37,043 nucleotides of DNA from an uncultured virus (IMG/VR IMGVR_UViG_3300037329_000040) (IMGVR_UViG_3300037329_000040); one strand, 5' to 3'. Positions 1 through 10,151 are shown, counted from the first letter of the stretch. The notes: generated by a model from the letters alone, not told the origin. Translations and numbers: made by a program.

Positions 1-726
1 GGATACAAGTACCGCCTGGGTTCCACTTGTGGCAACCATGCTTCTGATTTGTGACCCATAGTTTACGGTTACCCACTCGGTGCCGTTTCCGGTAGAGTAT
101 GCGTACCATGAGCCATAATCGGAGTATAGAATCCATATATTTCCGTTATGGTGCATAATCATATTTTTGTCATGTCGGATGTTTGCAAAATTTGTAGTAT
201 CCCCCGTAATTGAGGTTACCGGAATCCAGGAGCCACCGCTGTTTGATGTGACCATTGCAGTTACACCATCGGAGCTGATTGCTATCCCCCTGTTATCATA
301 AACGGCAAAGTTTCTAAAATTTGCTGTAGTGCCACTAGAAAAAGGGCTTTCAATTGTAATAGGGTAATTAGATTGTACGTTTCCAATTTCAAGGTTCTCT
401 AGGTCAAGAAAGTCGCCAGACTGGGCACTGCTGCCTGTTAAACGCCCACCAGCTGCGACAAACCTGTTATCGAAAACTGTTTTCCCAGCAGTCACACCGT
501 CTACTGTAGCTTTAGCCCCAATGATAATTGGGATTGATGCTTTTCCCATAACATTGTAAATGCCTGCTTGGATTCCTCCGCGACCTAGGCCGCTTCCTCC
601 TCCCCCAGCAATAATGTACTCTACAGTCTTTACACCAATGGGTACCTGCCAGGTTTGTGAGGATGTAATTAGGGCCTCAAACTGCTGAGGGACCGGAGCT
701 ACTACACCTAGTTGATTAATGGCCAT
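1..726 (-). CDS. Putative receptor-binding/tail-associated glycine-rich-domain protein, truncated at the window edge (MAINQLGVVAPVPQQFEALITSSQTWQVPIGVKTVEYIIAGGGGSG...)
   Basis: Not in the ORF track. The ATG at 726 overlaps the TAA of 726..1058 (TAATG); both ends of the frame were checked and are open down to base 1. TWQVP.GV..VEY...GGGG is a typical phage glycine-rich-domain start. Confidence 0.75.
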   Translation of the reverse strand, partial: MAINQLGVVAPVPQQFEALITSSQTWQVPIGVKTVEYIIAGGGGSGLGRGGIQAGIYNVMGKASIPIIIGAKATVDGVTAGKTVFDNRFVAAGGRLTGSSAQSGDFLDLENLEIGNVQSNYPITIESPFSSGTTANFRNFAVYDNRGIAISSDGVTAMVTSNSGGSWIPVTSITGDTTNFANIRHDKNMIMHHNGNIWILYSDYGSWYAYSTGNGTEWVTVNYGSQIRSMVATSGTQAVLVS

Positions 727-1058
727 TATGAAATCTCCAAACCGAATGCTGTAAACGTTAAGGCCAAGGCCGTATTTGATTTTACAGAGACAACGTCATC
801 TCCATTAGCTGTAATTCCAAGTGTCAGGGTGGTGGTAGAGTTTCCTGCAATTACTGCGTCATAAACAATTGCCGTTCCTTCGTCTGCAGTAGCAGCATCT
901 GGTCGAATAAAGATTCTGTATGTTGCGTTAAGGGCTGTGGTGTTTGCAACAGCGATGGTCGAAGCAATTGCCTGGCCGCCTGTTGGGACGGTATACAGGT
1001 CAGCGACGTTAGTATCTGCTGGCCTGGCCTGGCCTAGCACTTTGTATTCAGAAGCCAT
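726..1058 (-). CDS. Virion adaptor-like protein, YKVLGQ family (paralog of 4226..4558)
   Basis: 110 aa; shares YKVLGQ..PADT..ADLYTVP...GIT....D...V.......L.F..FG.EIS with 4226..4558. Confidence 0.75.
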   Translation of the reverse strand: MASEYKVLGQARPADTNVADLYTVPTGGQAIASTIAVANTTALNATYRIFIRPDAATADEGTAIVYDAVIAGNSTTTLTLGITANGDDVVSVKSNTALALTFTAFGLEIS

Positions 1059-1140
1059 GGGAAATTCCTTTTCTTTATTTTCTTGCCTTAGGCAAGTTTT
1101 GTTATACTATACATTATACGCTATTTTTAAGTTTTTTGTT

Positions 1141-2214
1141 TTAACCTTCAATTGAGTACTCATACAGCAAGAACTCTTCTAGATTGCCTGCCATGGTCAT
1201 TGGGTCAAACCACATACTATACACAGGGTATCTGTTAATGTACATCTCAAAAGTCTTTTCAGTGGTGTTTCCTGCGGTGTCTGTAGCACGGACTGTAAAA
1301 ATAGCCTCGTCTGCATCAGCTAGCAATGAGTCATCGCCAGTTATCTGACCGGTTTCTTCATCTATAGAAAACTCTGCGAATAGTGAACCTGAAACTATGC
1401 TGTAATCGATATCACTTGATTCAACGTCTTGAGCAACTAAGGATAATACTGTAGTATCTCCCTTTTCCCAAAACAGGGGAGAGTTTGTAATCCAAGATGC
1501 AAAAGTTCCAGCACTAATAGCGCTTGTCAATATGTGCTGAGCAGGAGCCTGGGTTGGCAGGGGAATTCCAGGGTTAAGAACAGTGATCGTATAGGGGTTA
1601 AAAGTAGGAGGCATATCGTCAGGCCTTGTAACCACTAACTCTGAAGAGGAAGTCCTTACAATGTTTTTTGCTGCCCTTACGACAAGGTCTGATCCGGTAA
1701 AGTCAACTGTAACATCCGTAGAAAAATTACCACCAATTATTGTCGTGGTGTCGTTAAAGCTTTCTAGCAAAGACGGCGTTGCGCTTGAGGCAAAGACAGG
1801 TGCTCCGTCGTCGATATTATTACTTGAAACGGTAAAGGTTGTGGACTTGGTTTCAAACTTAAGGGTGTCATCCGTTGTTGTTCCAACTACAGATATACGA
1901 ACAATTTCATCGGTGGCAATTAATCTGCCCTCTGTCGTGTACCCCACAAGATCTCCAGATGCATTGATTGCATAGATATCGTAGGTGCTGTCATCTTTTT
2001 CGCTTGTAATGAAATATGACCCAGCAGGCTGAGGGGAGACCAACTCAAAGTTAGTGTTTCCATCGGTACCTACGTAGAGGTAAAAGCCATTACCTCCGCC
2101 ACCCACAGAAGCAGAAGCTACCTTTTCCCAAGCTGATCCTGACCATATCCAAGTAAAGCCTCCACCACTTAGCTCTTGGCCAATGGAGGGGCTGGTAGGA
2201 AATACAATTGCCAC
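1141..2214 (-). CDS. Virion fibre/decoration protein with N-terminal xFPxSP module and Ig-like domain
   Basis: MAIVFPTSP...TWIWSGSAW N-terminus; central region clearly paralogous to 5251..7101 (TYDIYAI, GGNF, AKN.VR.SS..LV.TRPD, NPGIP); YSIVSGSL Ig-like motif. Confidence 0.7.
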   Translation of the reverse strand: MAIVFPTSPSIGQELSGGGFTWIWSGSAWEKVASASVGGGGNGFYLYVGTDGNTNFELVSPQPAGSYFITSEKDDSTYDIYAINASGDLVGYTTEGRLIATDEIVRISVVGTTTDDTLKFETKSTTFTVSSNNIDDGAPVFASSATPSLLESFNDTTTIIGGNFSTDVTVDFTGSDLVVRAAKNIVRTSSSELVVTRPDDMPPTFNPYTITVLNPGIPLPTQAPAQHILTSAISAGTFASWITNSPLFWEKGDTTVLSLVAQDVESSDIDYSIVSGSLFAEFSIDEETGQITGDDSLLADADEAIFTVRATDTAGNTTEKTFEMYINRYPVYSMWFDPMTMAGNLEEFLLYEYSIEG

Positions 2215-2217
2215 GCG

Positions 2218-2643
2218 TTATACCTCTATCCAAAAAGAGTTGTGATATATATATTCAATAAAGTTTGTTGTGTTTACCCAACGAGATCCCTGTACAGGAT
2301 TAGACGGGGCAGTCGTTGACAGTGCGGTTAGGGGAAGAAATTCCAGGTCTGAAATATCCGCCATTACGTGGGCATGGTCAAAGTCCGTGATCTCGGACTT
2401 GGTATGGTTATGATCAAAGTCAGTAATCTCGGACTTCGTGTGATTGTGGTCAAAGTCAGTGATCTCAGACTTGATGTGGTCGTGAGGCTCTGGGGGAAAT
2501 TCTGTTGGTTTTTCAGACACTCCACCCCAAGCAATATTCCCAGCGGTATCGTTACTCCATGTCGTACCATTCCAAACCCAAGTGCGGTCACCTGAAGTGA
2601 AAGAATCACTAAGGGTGGGGGAGTCTGGGAAGTTAATTGCCAT
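2218..2643 (-). CDS. Short tail-fibre protein with xNFPD module and HxHxKSEITDF repeats
   Basis: Four H-x-H-x-x-S/A-E/D-I-T/S-D repeats typical of phage tail-fibre repeats; leaderless start 6 nt after TGGTAAAAT. Confidence 0.75.
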   Translation of the reverse strand: MAINFPDSPTLSDSFTSGDRTWVWNGTTWSNDTAGNIAWGGVSEKPTEFPPEPHDHIKSEITDFDHNHTKSEITDFDHNHTKSEITDFDHAHVMADISDLEFLPLTALSTTAPSNPVQGSRWVNTTNFIEYIYHNSFWIEV

Positions 2644-2816
2644 AATAGTATTTTACCATACTTTTGTTTAAATTATGAATGCCTTCATCTTTTATGTAGT
2701 GGTATATGACTATTGCATCAGCATGCTATGGAGCAGTTATTTTATGAACACACCAGCATAGTGATCTGGCATGTTCATGTAAGTTTTCATTACTGTGTTA
2801 TAAAGCTTTAGCATTA
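2644..2816 (-). repeat. Copy 1 of a ~175-bp duplicated intergenic element (hairpin plus extended -10 promoter)
   Basis: Near-identical to 5049..5223; the rightmost ~60 bp are identical. Confidence 0.9.
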
Positions 2817-3083
2817 GGGTGCTACTTCCTCTTCTGGCTCTGGTTCTGGGCGAATAGCTGGGTGAGTGTCGGGTGAGTTACCTGCGACAAATTCGCTTTC
2901 AGGGTCAACTAGCGAAGCGATAAACACCTCAGCCCAATCAGTTGCCTGAGCAGCATCTGCCCAGGGCGTAACGTCGGGCCAGTCTGGTTGCAGCATAAAG
3001 GGTGCATCACCCTCGTTTGGGTTTTCGTTATCCCAAATTCTAATTGCGTTGTCTGTGTCAATTTCAAAGCGGTATCGAGTCAT
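2814..3083 (-). CDS. Small acidic protein downstream of the propeller gene, possible fibre assembly chaperone
   Basis: 89-aa ORF with AGAAAGAG RBS; function inferred from position only. Confidence 0.55.
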   Translation of the reverse strand: MTRYRFEIDTDNAIRIWDNENPNEGDAPFMLQPDWPDVTPWADAAQATDWAEVFIASLVDPESEFVAGNSPDTHPAIRPEPEPEEEVAP

Positions 3084-3098
3084 TGTTTTCTCTTTCTG

Positions 3099-4226
3099 TT
3101 ATGGAAGTAGGACTGAAGGTGTTTTAGGAGTAATTGCAAGAACAATGCCCTCGGGGGCAAGGCCCGGAGAGGTGGCCAGCAAAGCTGGGCCGCCGCCAAT
3201 AAGAAACTGACCACCACCGAAAATCGCGGCCTGTATTCCACTCTGAACCCCCGACGTCTGACTAGTCCAAGTGACTCCATCAAGTGAGGTGGCCAATTTC
3301 CCATCGTCACCGGCGATAACCCAAATCACGTTATCGAATGCGATGGAAGTAATAGTACTAGACCCGAACCCTGGTGCCCTAGTTGTCCAAGTAATTCCAT
3401 TGGGTGAGGTGGCCAAGTTTCCACCGCTACTGCCTGCAATCCAAAGCCCATTGCCATACGCCACGGCACGGATTTGACTTCCCCCGAACCCTGATGTCCG
3501 AGATGTCCAACTCGAGTAAGGACTTGTTGAGGTACTTATTTTTCCATTGTTACCGACAACAACCCAAAGCCCAGCACCGAATGCCCCAAACCAGACAAGA
3601 TCGCCGGTAAGGGCTTGGGCTCCGGTACCCCAACCTCCACCATCTCCTGAGATTCCAATACGTCCTTCTGGGCCAAAAGTCATAAAAAAATTATCGCCGA
3701 ATACCACGTTCCGTATAGTGTTATTCCCATGCACTGACGTGGCCTGAGCCCAAGTAATTCCATCTGTAGATCTAGCCAGCCTGCCGTTGCTACCAACAGC
3801 GACATAAACCCCGTTGCCGTAAGCCACCCCCCCCATGTGATCGGTCGTCATTGCCGATGTCCTGCTAGTCCAAGTGATGCCATCGGGTGAGGTGGTCAAT
3901 CTTCCTGAGTTACCAACAGCGACATAAAGCCCATTGCCGTAAGCCAGGCCATTGACAACGTCAGTACCAAACCCCGGCGACTGAAGCGTCCACTTCGAGC
4001 CATTTACAGTGCTAACTGCATTAATGCCTGAATTAAAAGCAATTGTTGTGGCTGGGCCTTTGCTGCTTCTCCCTCCAACTTCAATCTCTGCAGTCGAGGC
4101 AAGTTCGTAAACTCCCGCTGGCAAGTCAACCGTGTAAGTACCAACTTGTGTAATACCGTAGTAAGTTGTAACCTCACCGCTTGCGCCTCCGCTTGCGCTT
4201 CCAGATGGAAATACTGATACGGCCAT
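3099..4226 (-). CDS. Beta-propeller (BNR/YVTN-like repeat) putative receptor-binding protein
   Basis: About six repeats of vAYGNGl(y/w)VAVG..G.l.tS.DGiTWt. Confidence 0.8.
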   Translation of the reverse strand: MAVSVFPSGSASGGASGEVTTYYGITQVGTYTVDLPAGVYELASTAEIEVGGRSSKGPATTIAFNSGINAVSTVNGSKWTLQSPGFGTDVVNGLAYGNGLYVAVGNSGRLTTSPDGITWTSRTSAMTTDHMGGVAYGNGVYVAVGSNGRLARSTDGITWAQATSVHGNNTIRNVVFGDNFFMTFGPEGRIGISGDGGGWGTGAQALTGDLVWFGAFGAGLWVVVGNNGKISTSTSPYSSWTSRTSGFGGSQIRAVAYGNGLWIAGSSGGNLATSPNGITWTTRAPGFGSSTITSIAFDNVIWVIAGDDGKLATSLDGVTWTSQTSGVQSGIQAAIFGGGQFLIGGGPALLATSPGLAPEGIVLAITPKTPSVLLP

Positions 4227-4558
4227 TAGCTAATCTCGCTTCCGAATACTTGGAATGACAAAGCATCTGCAGTTGCAGTGCTTACTGTAATAATGTCTGC
4301 AGCCCCAAGGGTAATACCTTGTGTGGCAGAGAAAAGAGAGTTGGCACCTAGCGGCACATCCTTGAGCAGGGTGTTTGCACCGGCAGCTGTAGCACCTGCA
4401 ACGCGGATGTAAACGCTAAAAGTGGCTTCGGTATCCGTTAGGTTCGTCACGTTCAGCGTGCTAACCACCGTGGACGTTGCAGCGGGTACCGTATAAAGAT
4501 CCGCATTGCTAGTGTCCGCAGGCGCTGCCTGCCCTAGCACCTTGTAAGTTATCGCCAA
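4226..4558 (-). CDS. Virion adaptor-like protein, YKVLGQ family
   Basis: Paralog of 726..1058; TAATG-coupled to the propeller gene. Confidence 0.75.
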   Translation of the reverse strand: MAITYKVLGQAAPADTSNADLYTVPAATSTVVSTLNVTNLTDTEATFSVYIRVAGATAAGANTLLKDVPLGANSLFSATQGITLGAADIITVSTATADALSFQVFGSEIS

Positions 4559-4559
4559 T

Positions 4560-5048
4560 TTAGGCTCCCATCATCATGAACGCATTTGTAAAGTTGCTAG
4601 CAGAAGATTCAATAGCATCTGTGTTGGCTGCTATGTCTAGGCTGTTTGCACTAATTGCATTGACTACCGTTGTCGAAAAATTTTCGTCATTTCCAAGAGC
4701 TAAAGCTAGCTCATTGAGGGTATCCAAGGTTCCTGGAGCGGCATCTATTAGGCCTGAAATTTTATTATCAACCTCGGTCGAGGTGTCGTAGTCTGTAAGC
4801 TTGGTATCCACCTCGGAGGAGGTGTCGTAACTTGCAAGCTTAGCATCAACCTCAGAAGAAGTGTCATAGTTGGTAAGATCAATACTCAACTCATCTGTGA
4901 GTTCGTTATAGCTCATGGGGGATCCCACAGTAAGTATTGCTGAGCTGGTTTCATTAGCTAGCCATACTGTACCGTCCCAGGTCCAGGTACGTCCTTCTGC
5001 GGAGTACTCGTCGTTTACGCTAGGTGCATCTGGGAAGTTTAAAGACAT
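4560..5048 (-). CDS. Tail-fibre protein (xNFPD module plus APGTLDTLNELA domain)
   Basis: YDTS.EVD repeats and IDAAPGTLDTLNELA, shared with the C-terminal part of 7101..9935. Confidence 0.75.
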   Translation of the reverse strand: MSLNFPDAPSVNDEYSAEGRTWTWDGTVWLANETSSAILTVGSPMSYNELTDELSIDLTNYDTSSEVDAKLASYDTSSEVDTKLTDYDTSTEVDNKISGLIDAAPGTLDTLNELALALGNDENFSTTVVNAISANSLDIAANTDAIESSASNFTNAFMMMGA

Positions 5049-5223
5049 AATATTATTTTACCATACTTTTGTTTTTAAATTATGAATGATTTCATTTCTT
5101 ATGTGGTGGTATAAGGCTATCGCATTAGTATGCTGTGAGGAAGTTACTTTATAAACATACCAGCATAGTGATCTGGCATGTTCATGTAAGTTTTCATTAC
5201 TGTGTTATAAAGCTTTAGCATTA
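5049..5223 (-). repeat. Copy 2 of the ~175-bp duplicated intergenic element
   Basis: Aligns with 2644..2816. Confidence 0.9.
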
Positions 5224-5250
5224 TGCTCCTTATTTATATTCTTTGCGGGC

Positions 5251-7101
5251 TTAGGTGAGGTAACGAATTATGACAATTCCGTTTTGACCGGCTTGTCCTC
5301 TGTTGTTTCCGGTGTAATTGTTACCATTTCCCCCACCACCAGGGTTACCATTACCCGAAGTAATAGTACCGCCATTGCTGCCGCTTGAACCTCCGCCACC
5401 TGCACCACCAACAGCGTAAATCGTACCATTTAACCAAGTAAGTCCTGCCCCACCTGTTCCGCCAGTATTGCCAGGAGAGTCTCCACCTGCTCCACCTGCT
5501 CCACCTCCGCCACCGCGACCGTAGTTGCCCGTACTGCCACCACCGTCGTTACCTTGGCCACTGGTTCCTGACCCACCATAACTACGGGAATCGCCTTGGC
5601 CAGAACCACCGCTGGTTCCACCTCCGCCACCGCCGCCACCGAAAGAAACATTGCCGTTAAAAGAAGAGTCTTGCCCGCTTGTCGTGGCCCCTCCGAGACC
5701 TACTACTACGCTATAACTGCCCAAAGCCAAAGTTGAAGATGTCGCTATATAACCGCCAGCTCCACCGCCACCTACAGTCTCAGAGGCTAGACCACCGCCA
5801 CCTGCAACTACTAGGTATTCCGCTGAGACAGACTCACTAACCACGAGGGTCCCATTACTGGAAAATGTGTGGTAAGTATAATCGCCAGAAGTACTTCTAG
5901 TCCCGCCAGAAATAGGATAAACAACAGAGGTAGTAAACTCCCTGTCCACAGACAGACCACCCTCGTCTGTTGCTCTAATTGTGAACGTAGCATCTGTTCC
6001 AACAGTATCTGTGCTTGTGCCGCTAATTAGGCCAGAAGTGCTAACTGAAAGCCCAGTGTTTAAAGAGCCGGACTGCAGGGTGTAGCTCAACGTGCCACCT
6101 CCGTCACCTCCTGCCGCCACAAGCTGAAAGCTGTACGCTTTGTCCTCTAGGATGCCAGTAACTCCATCAGCCGTAGTGGTCCAAACAGGTACTACGTTAG
6201 CAATAAAACTAAACGCACTGTCCAAGAAGTTTCCGCCAGTGTCAATGGCCCTAAAAGTCACGTTGCTGGTGTCACCATCAGAAAGGGAGCCAGTGAAAGT
6301 TCCGCTAATCACACCAGTTTCTTCAACTAATGAAAGACCAGCCGGTAAACTCCCAGAAACTATAGAGTAATCAATGTCGGTTTCTTCGGTGTCGGTTGCA
6401 ACAAGTGTAAGGGAGTAGCTTCCGCTGGGATCATGATACTGGGTTGTGGCAGTCTCCCAAACAGGGCTTGCTCCGGCACTTACGGAATTTACTAGCAAGT
6501 AGGCATCTGAACCGGAAGGTACCGGGATTCCTGGGTTTGCAACTTTTACTGTGTATGGAGAATCGTCAGGGTTAAATGAGTCTGGTCTAGTAGCAACCAG
6601 CTGAGTGCTTGAGGAGCGTACAACGTTCTTTGCCAATGTTTCTGCACCGCTCTGGCCAATAAAACTAACCACAACGTCTGCAGCAAAGTTCCCACCATTT
6701 ACAACTGTTGAGTCGTCAATAGTCGGCAGCGAGCTTGTAATAACCCCGGAAATAAAAGCTCCAGCTGTAGCGACATCGCCAAACGTAGAGGGCACAGTAA
6801 AAACCCCTTCGTAGGTAAAGTATATAACCTCGCCAGCTGCAGCACCAAGAACTACAATTTCAGTAAAGTCTGCATATATATCAATCCCTGCTCCATTTGC
6901 ATAACCAGCATAACTACCATCTTCAGCAATAGCATATATGTCGTAAGTTGTGTCGCTATTGGCAAAAAGAATTGCGTACCTACCCGAAGCATACGTGCGG
7001 TTTAAAACGTAAGTAGTTTTACCAGTAGCTCCTACTGTTAGGAAAAAACCGTTTGCCCCGCCGCCGCTGCCGTCAGCAAGGCTTCTTAGTGAAATTGCCA
7101 T
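5251..7101 (-). CDS. Ig-like plus glycine-rich-domain virion protein
   Basis: Likely start is MAISLRS at 7101 (TAATG overlap). Two YS/T.(V/Q)SGSL..GL Ig-like repeats; C-terminal YTYHTF...EYLVVAGGG...GIVIIRY glycine-rich domain. Confidence 0.8.
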   Translation of the reverse strand: MAISLRSLADGSGGGANGFFLTVGATGKTTYVLNRTYASGRYAILFANSDTTYDIYAIAEDGSYAGYANGAGIDIYADFTEIVVLGAAAGEVIYFTYEGVFTVPSTFGDVATAGAFISGVITSSLPTIDDSTVVNGGNFAADVVVSFIGQSGAETLAKNVVRSSSTQLVATRPDSFNPDDSPYTVKVANPGIPVPSGSDAYLLVNSVSAGASPVWETATTQYHDPSGSYSLTLVATDTEETDIDYSIVSGSLPAGLSLVEETGVISGTFTGSLSDGDTSNVTFRAIDTGGNFLDSAFSFIANVVPVWTTTADGVTGILEDKAYSFQLVAAGGDGGGTLSYTLQSGSLNTGLSVSTSGLISGTSTDTVGTDATFTIRATDEGGLSVDREFTTSVVYPISGGTRSTSGDYTYHTFSSNGTLVVSESVSAEYLVVAGGGGLASETVGGGGAGGYIATSSTLALGSYSVVVGLGGATTSGQDSSFNGNVSFGGGGGGGGTSGGSGQGDSRSYGGSGTSGQGNDGGGSTGNYGRGGGGGAGGAGGDSPGNTGGTGGAGLTWLNGTIYAVGGAGGGGSSGSNGGTITSGNGNPGGGGNGNNYTGNNRGQAGQNGIVIIRYLT

Positions 7102-9935
7102 TATCCTAATCTCCATCCAAATGTAGCGCTCGTGTAAATAAAGACAACTGCAAAGCCTGCAACGTCTAGGTCAGCATCTTCAGAGAGGCCGTTTATAAGG
7201 TTGCCGTTTCTGGCAACCAAAATTGATGTAGCTGCCCCCGTACCATCTAGGACCTGAACCTCATCGCCCGCTGAGGGGGATGCCGGCAGGGTAAGAGTGA
7301 TACCAGAAGCAACTGTGGTTATGTAGCGATATCCAGCTACGCAGGAGGTATTGACACCGATTGAGGACACAACCTCGGTCTTTTTTTGACCAATTGAAGT
7401 GGCCACAGTAGTAGAAAAGTTTTCGTCATCACCCAATGCAGCTGCAAGCTCATTTAGTGTATCCAGAGTACCTGGAGCGGCATCTATCAGGCCTGAGATT
7501 TTATTATCTACCTCGGTTGAAGTATCGTAAGATGAAAGGTCAATACTTATGTTTCTTGTGCCAGGATCATAGCTTAACGGTAAGTCGGCAGACACCACAC
7601 CAGGTTTGCCTTGTATTCCCTGAGAACCAGTTGCACCCTTAAAGTTTGTTGCAGCCTCCACCCAGTAAGAGTCGTAGTAGATAAAGAATCTTGCATTCGT
7701 GCTATTAAACCAGCCATCGCCAGGCTCTGGACTATTAGGGGCTGTTTCTGACACCAAAAACTTGCCCTGAGCACCCGTTGGCCCAACCATTACAGAAACT
7801 GCTTCTACCCAAAAGTTATCGTAATAGATATAAAGAACACCCTCATCGGAGTTCCACCAAAGTGTGTTTGGCTCTACCTCAGAAGGTGGGGCATCCCCGA
7901 CCTCGACAGAGGCGCCTCCTGATGCATAGCTAAGTAAATCCCAGGTGTCAATTCCATCACCAATTTTTAGCTTGTTGGTGTCAGACTCAAAAGCAGCCTC
8001 TCCTAATCCCAGAACAGGGTTTTCGGATAACCACTCTGCGGCTGTACTTCTTCTTAAGTTTATGGAAGACTGTGGAACATCTGAGGTTCCGCCGTCCACG
8101 ACTAGAGAGTCATAGTCGAGAGAGATCGTTGAGCTAACTGAATCATAATCTATGGGAGATGTGGCTTGAAGAGCTCCAATGCTACCGGTATCTCCCTTTG
8201 GAATAACAAAATCAAATACTGCACTTCCTGTGGTTCCAACGTTTGTGACAACAACACTGTCCTGTGGGGCACCTGTAGTTACAGTTCCAACCGATATGGT
8301 AGCAGCCTCGCCCTGAATACCTTGCGCACCCTGCAAAGCAAGTGGATACCAGTGAGCAGATGCGTTGTCGGGTATTTCTCCAACTACAGGATCTCCAGAT
8401 GCAAACCAAGAGGCTGCTTCGTAAAATACTGCATCATTGTTTACGTAGTCCGCAGAAGCCTCCCAGGGCCCCTGCCAGGTGATACCAGTAGCACCAGTTT
8501 CTCCGATAGGCCCTTGAATACCAGTTAGTCCAGCTGGAATGGTAAAATCAAATACCGCTTCTTCTGCTGTGCCAGAATTAACTACTGTTGCTGAGTTTCC
8601 TGTTGTTACTGTTGTTACAGTTCCTACTGAAAGGCTGGCTGCAAGGCCTTGAGGAATCTCAAAGTCGAATACTGCATCCCCGGTCGTACCGGAGTTAGAT
8701 ATGGTTGCAGGATCCGCTGAAGTTACTGTTTCTACGGTTCCAACTGCAATAGTTGCAGCTACACCTTGCACACCTTGTATTCCAGCTGGAAGTGTAAAGT
8801 CGAATACCGCATCCTCTGGCGTTCCAGAGTTGGTCACGTCAGCTGGTGTTCCGCTTGTCACGGTAACAATCGTACCAACCTCAATCGTTGCAGCAGCACC
8901 TTGAGGAATCTCGAAGTCAAAGACAGCGTCTCCGGTTGTTCCAGAGTTAGCGACCGTTGCTGGATCTGAAGATGGCACGGTAGCTACCGACCCAACTTCA
9001 ACTGTGGCTGCCTCTCCCTGAATACCTACAGGAATAGTAAAGTCAAATACAGCGTTGGTTGTGTCTCCAGAGTTTGTTACAGAAGCGGGGGTCCCCACAG
9101 GGACCGTTGTTGTTGTTCCCGCAGTGGCAGATCCTGCTAGACCTTGTGGAATAACAAAATCAAAGGTCGCGTCTCCATTTGTACCGGAGTTAGTAATCGT
9201 AGGCTGAGTTCCAGCATCGGATGCGGAAACAGATCCTACAGCAATCGTTGCGGCTTCTCCCTGAATACCCTGAACTCCGGATGGAATAGTAAAATCAAAA
9301 ACTGCGGCAATGTCTGTGCCAACATTCGTTACTAATGGTGGGTCTGTCGGTGCTCCGCTAGTAACGTCTCCAACCTCGATAGTTGCAGCTACAGCTCCTG
9401 CTGCAAATAGCTCCCAGTCAGATCCCGGCTGCGCCGGTGCATACCCAGAAGCATAGTTTAAGTTTGGCCCAGTAGCGTAATAGGTACTGCCTTCTGACTC
9501 TACTAAATCATTTTCAGCATAGCTCTCGGCATTGTCATAAGTTCCCAGCCAATTTATAGGCAATATTACGCCAGATACTGTTGCAGCAGAAAAGTCTACA
9601 GTTCCAGTAAAGCTTGGAGAATCTATATCTGCCTTATCGTCAAGAAGTCCAATAACTGTGCTTGCAAAGTTGGAATCGTCGTTTAAGGCCGCTGCCAGTT
9701 CATTTAGGGTATCGAGACTTGAAGGGGCAGAGTCAATTATTTGATTAGTTATCAGGGTGTAGATGCTGGATGAAGTTTCGTAATATGGAAGAGCTCCCCA
9801 GTTAGAAGCTCCGTTTCCAATCTTAAATTTAGTTGTGTCGGCCTCAAAGCCTATTTCTCCAGATGCCAAGATAGGATTAACGGAGGACCACTCTGAGGCA
9901 AGTCCCCTACGGTTTACAATTCTTGTGTACGACAT
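7101..9935 (-). CDS. Long tail fibre: two Mtd-N-like domains, about ten AVFDFxIP repeats, collagen-like spacers, C-terminal LTLPASP domain
   Basis: RRG...W...NP.L..GE.GFE.DT.K.KIG.G...W..L.Y occurs at the N-terminus and again near residue 625; GxQG triplets. Confidence 0.85.
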   Translation of the reverse strand: MSYTRIVNRRGLASEWSSVNPILASGEIGFEADTTKFKIGNGASNWGALPYYETSSSIYTLITNQIIDSAPSSLDTLNELAAALNDDSNFASTVIGLLDDKADIDSPSFTGTVDFSAATVSGVILPINWLGTYDNAESYAENDLVESEGSTYYATGPNLNYASGYAPAQPGSDWELFAAGAVAATIEVGDVTSGAPTDPPLVTNVGTDIAAVFDFTIPSGVQGIQGEAATIAVGSVSASDAGTQPTITNSGTNGDATFDFVIPQGLAGSATAGTTTTVPVGTPASVTNSGDTTNAVFDFTIPVGIQGEAATVEVGSVATVPSSDPATVANSGTTGDAVFDFEIPQGAAATIEVGTIVTVTSGTPADVTNSGTPEDAVFDFTLPAGIQGVQGVAATIAVGTVETVTSADPATISNSGTTGDAVFDFEIPQGLAASLSVGTVTTVTTGNSATVVNSGTAEEAVFDFTIPAGLTGIQGPIGETGATGITWQGPWEASADYVNNDAVFYEAASWFASGDPVVGEIPDNASAHWYPLALQGAQGIQGEAATISVGTVTTGAPQDSVVVTNVGTTGSAVFDFVIPKGDTGSIGALQATSPIDYDSVSSTISLDYDSLVVDGGTSDVPQSSINLRRSTAAEWLSENPVLGLGEAAFESDTNKLKIGDGIDTWDLLSYASGGASVEVGDAPPSEVEPNTLWWNSDEGVLYIYYDNFWVEAVSVMVGPTGAQGKFLVSETAPNSPEPGDGWFNSTNARFFIYYDSYWVEAATNFKGATGSQGIQGKPGVVSADLPLSYDPGTRNISIDLSSYDTSTEVDNKISGLIDAAPGTLDTLNELAAALGDDENFSTTVATSIGQKKTEVVSSIGVNTSCVAGYRYITTVASGITLTLPASPSAGDEVQVLDGTGAATSILVARNGNLINGLSEDADLDVAGFAVVFIYTSATFGWRLG

Positions 9936-10067
9936 GAGCTATAACTCTCCTATTATACTTATCATTATACCAGATATTTGTTGTAAGGCACCCCAGGTAA
10001 TTGGCCCTAATCTGCCTTTAAGTATTACAAGATAAACAGTCTTTAACAAGTGTAACACATAGCTAAG

Positions 10068-10095
10068 TTGATTTTTAGTAATTTACTGCTATACT
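10068..10095 (+). promoter_or_regulatory. SigA-type promoter for the lysozyme-like gene
   Basis: TTGATT-N16-TATACT with TG extension. Confidence 0.6.
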
Positions 10096-10151
10096 AGTAT
10101 AGCAAAAACCAGACACCCTTAAAAAAGGTGTTTTTTTATTAGGAGGGGCAA

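Noticed and set aside
2644..5223. Diversity-generating retroelement TR/VR pair (prompted by the Mtd-N domains and the repeat)
   Set aside because: Differences between the copies are not adenine-specific, both copies are intergenic, and no reverse transcriptase is in the window
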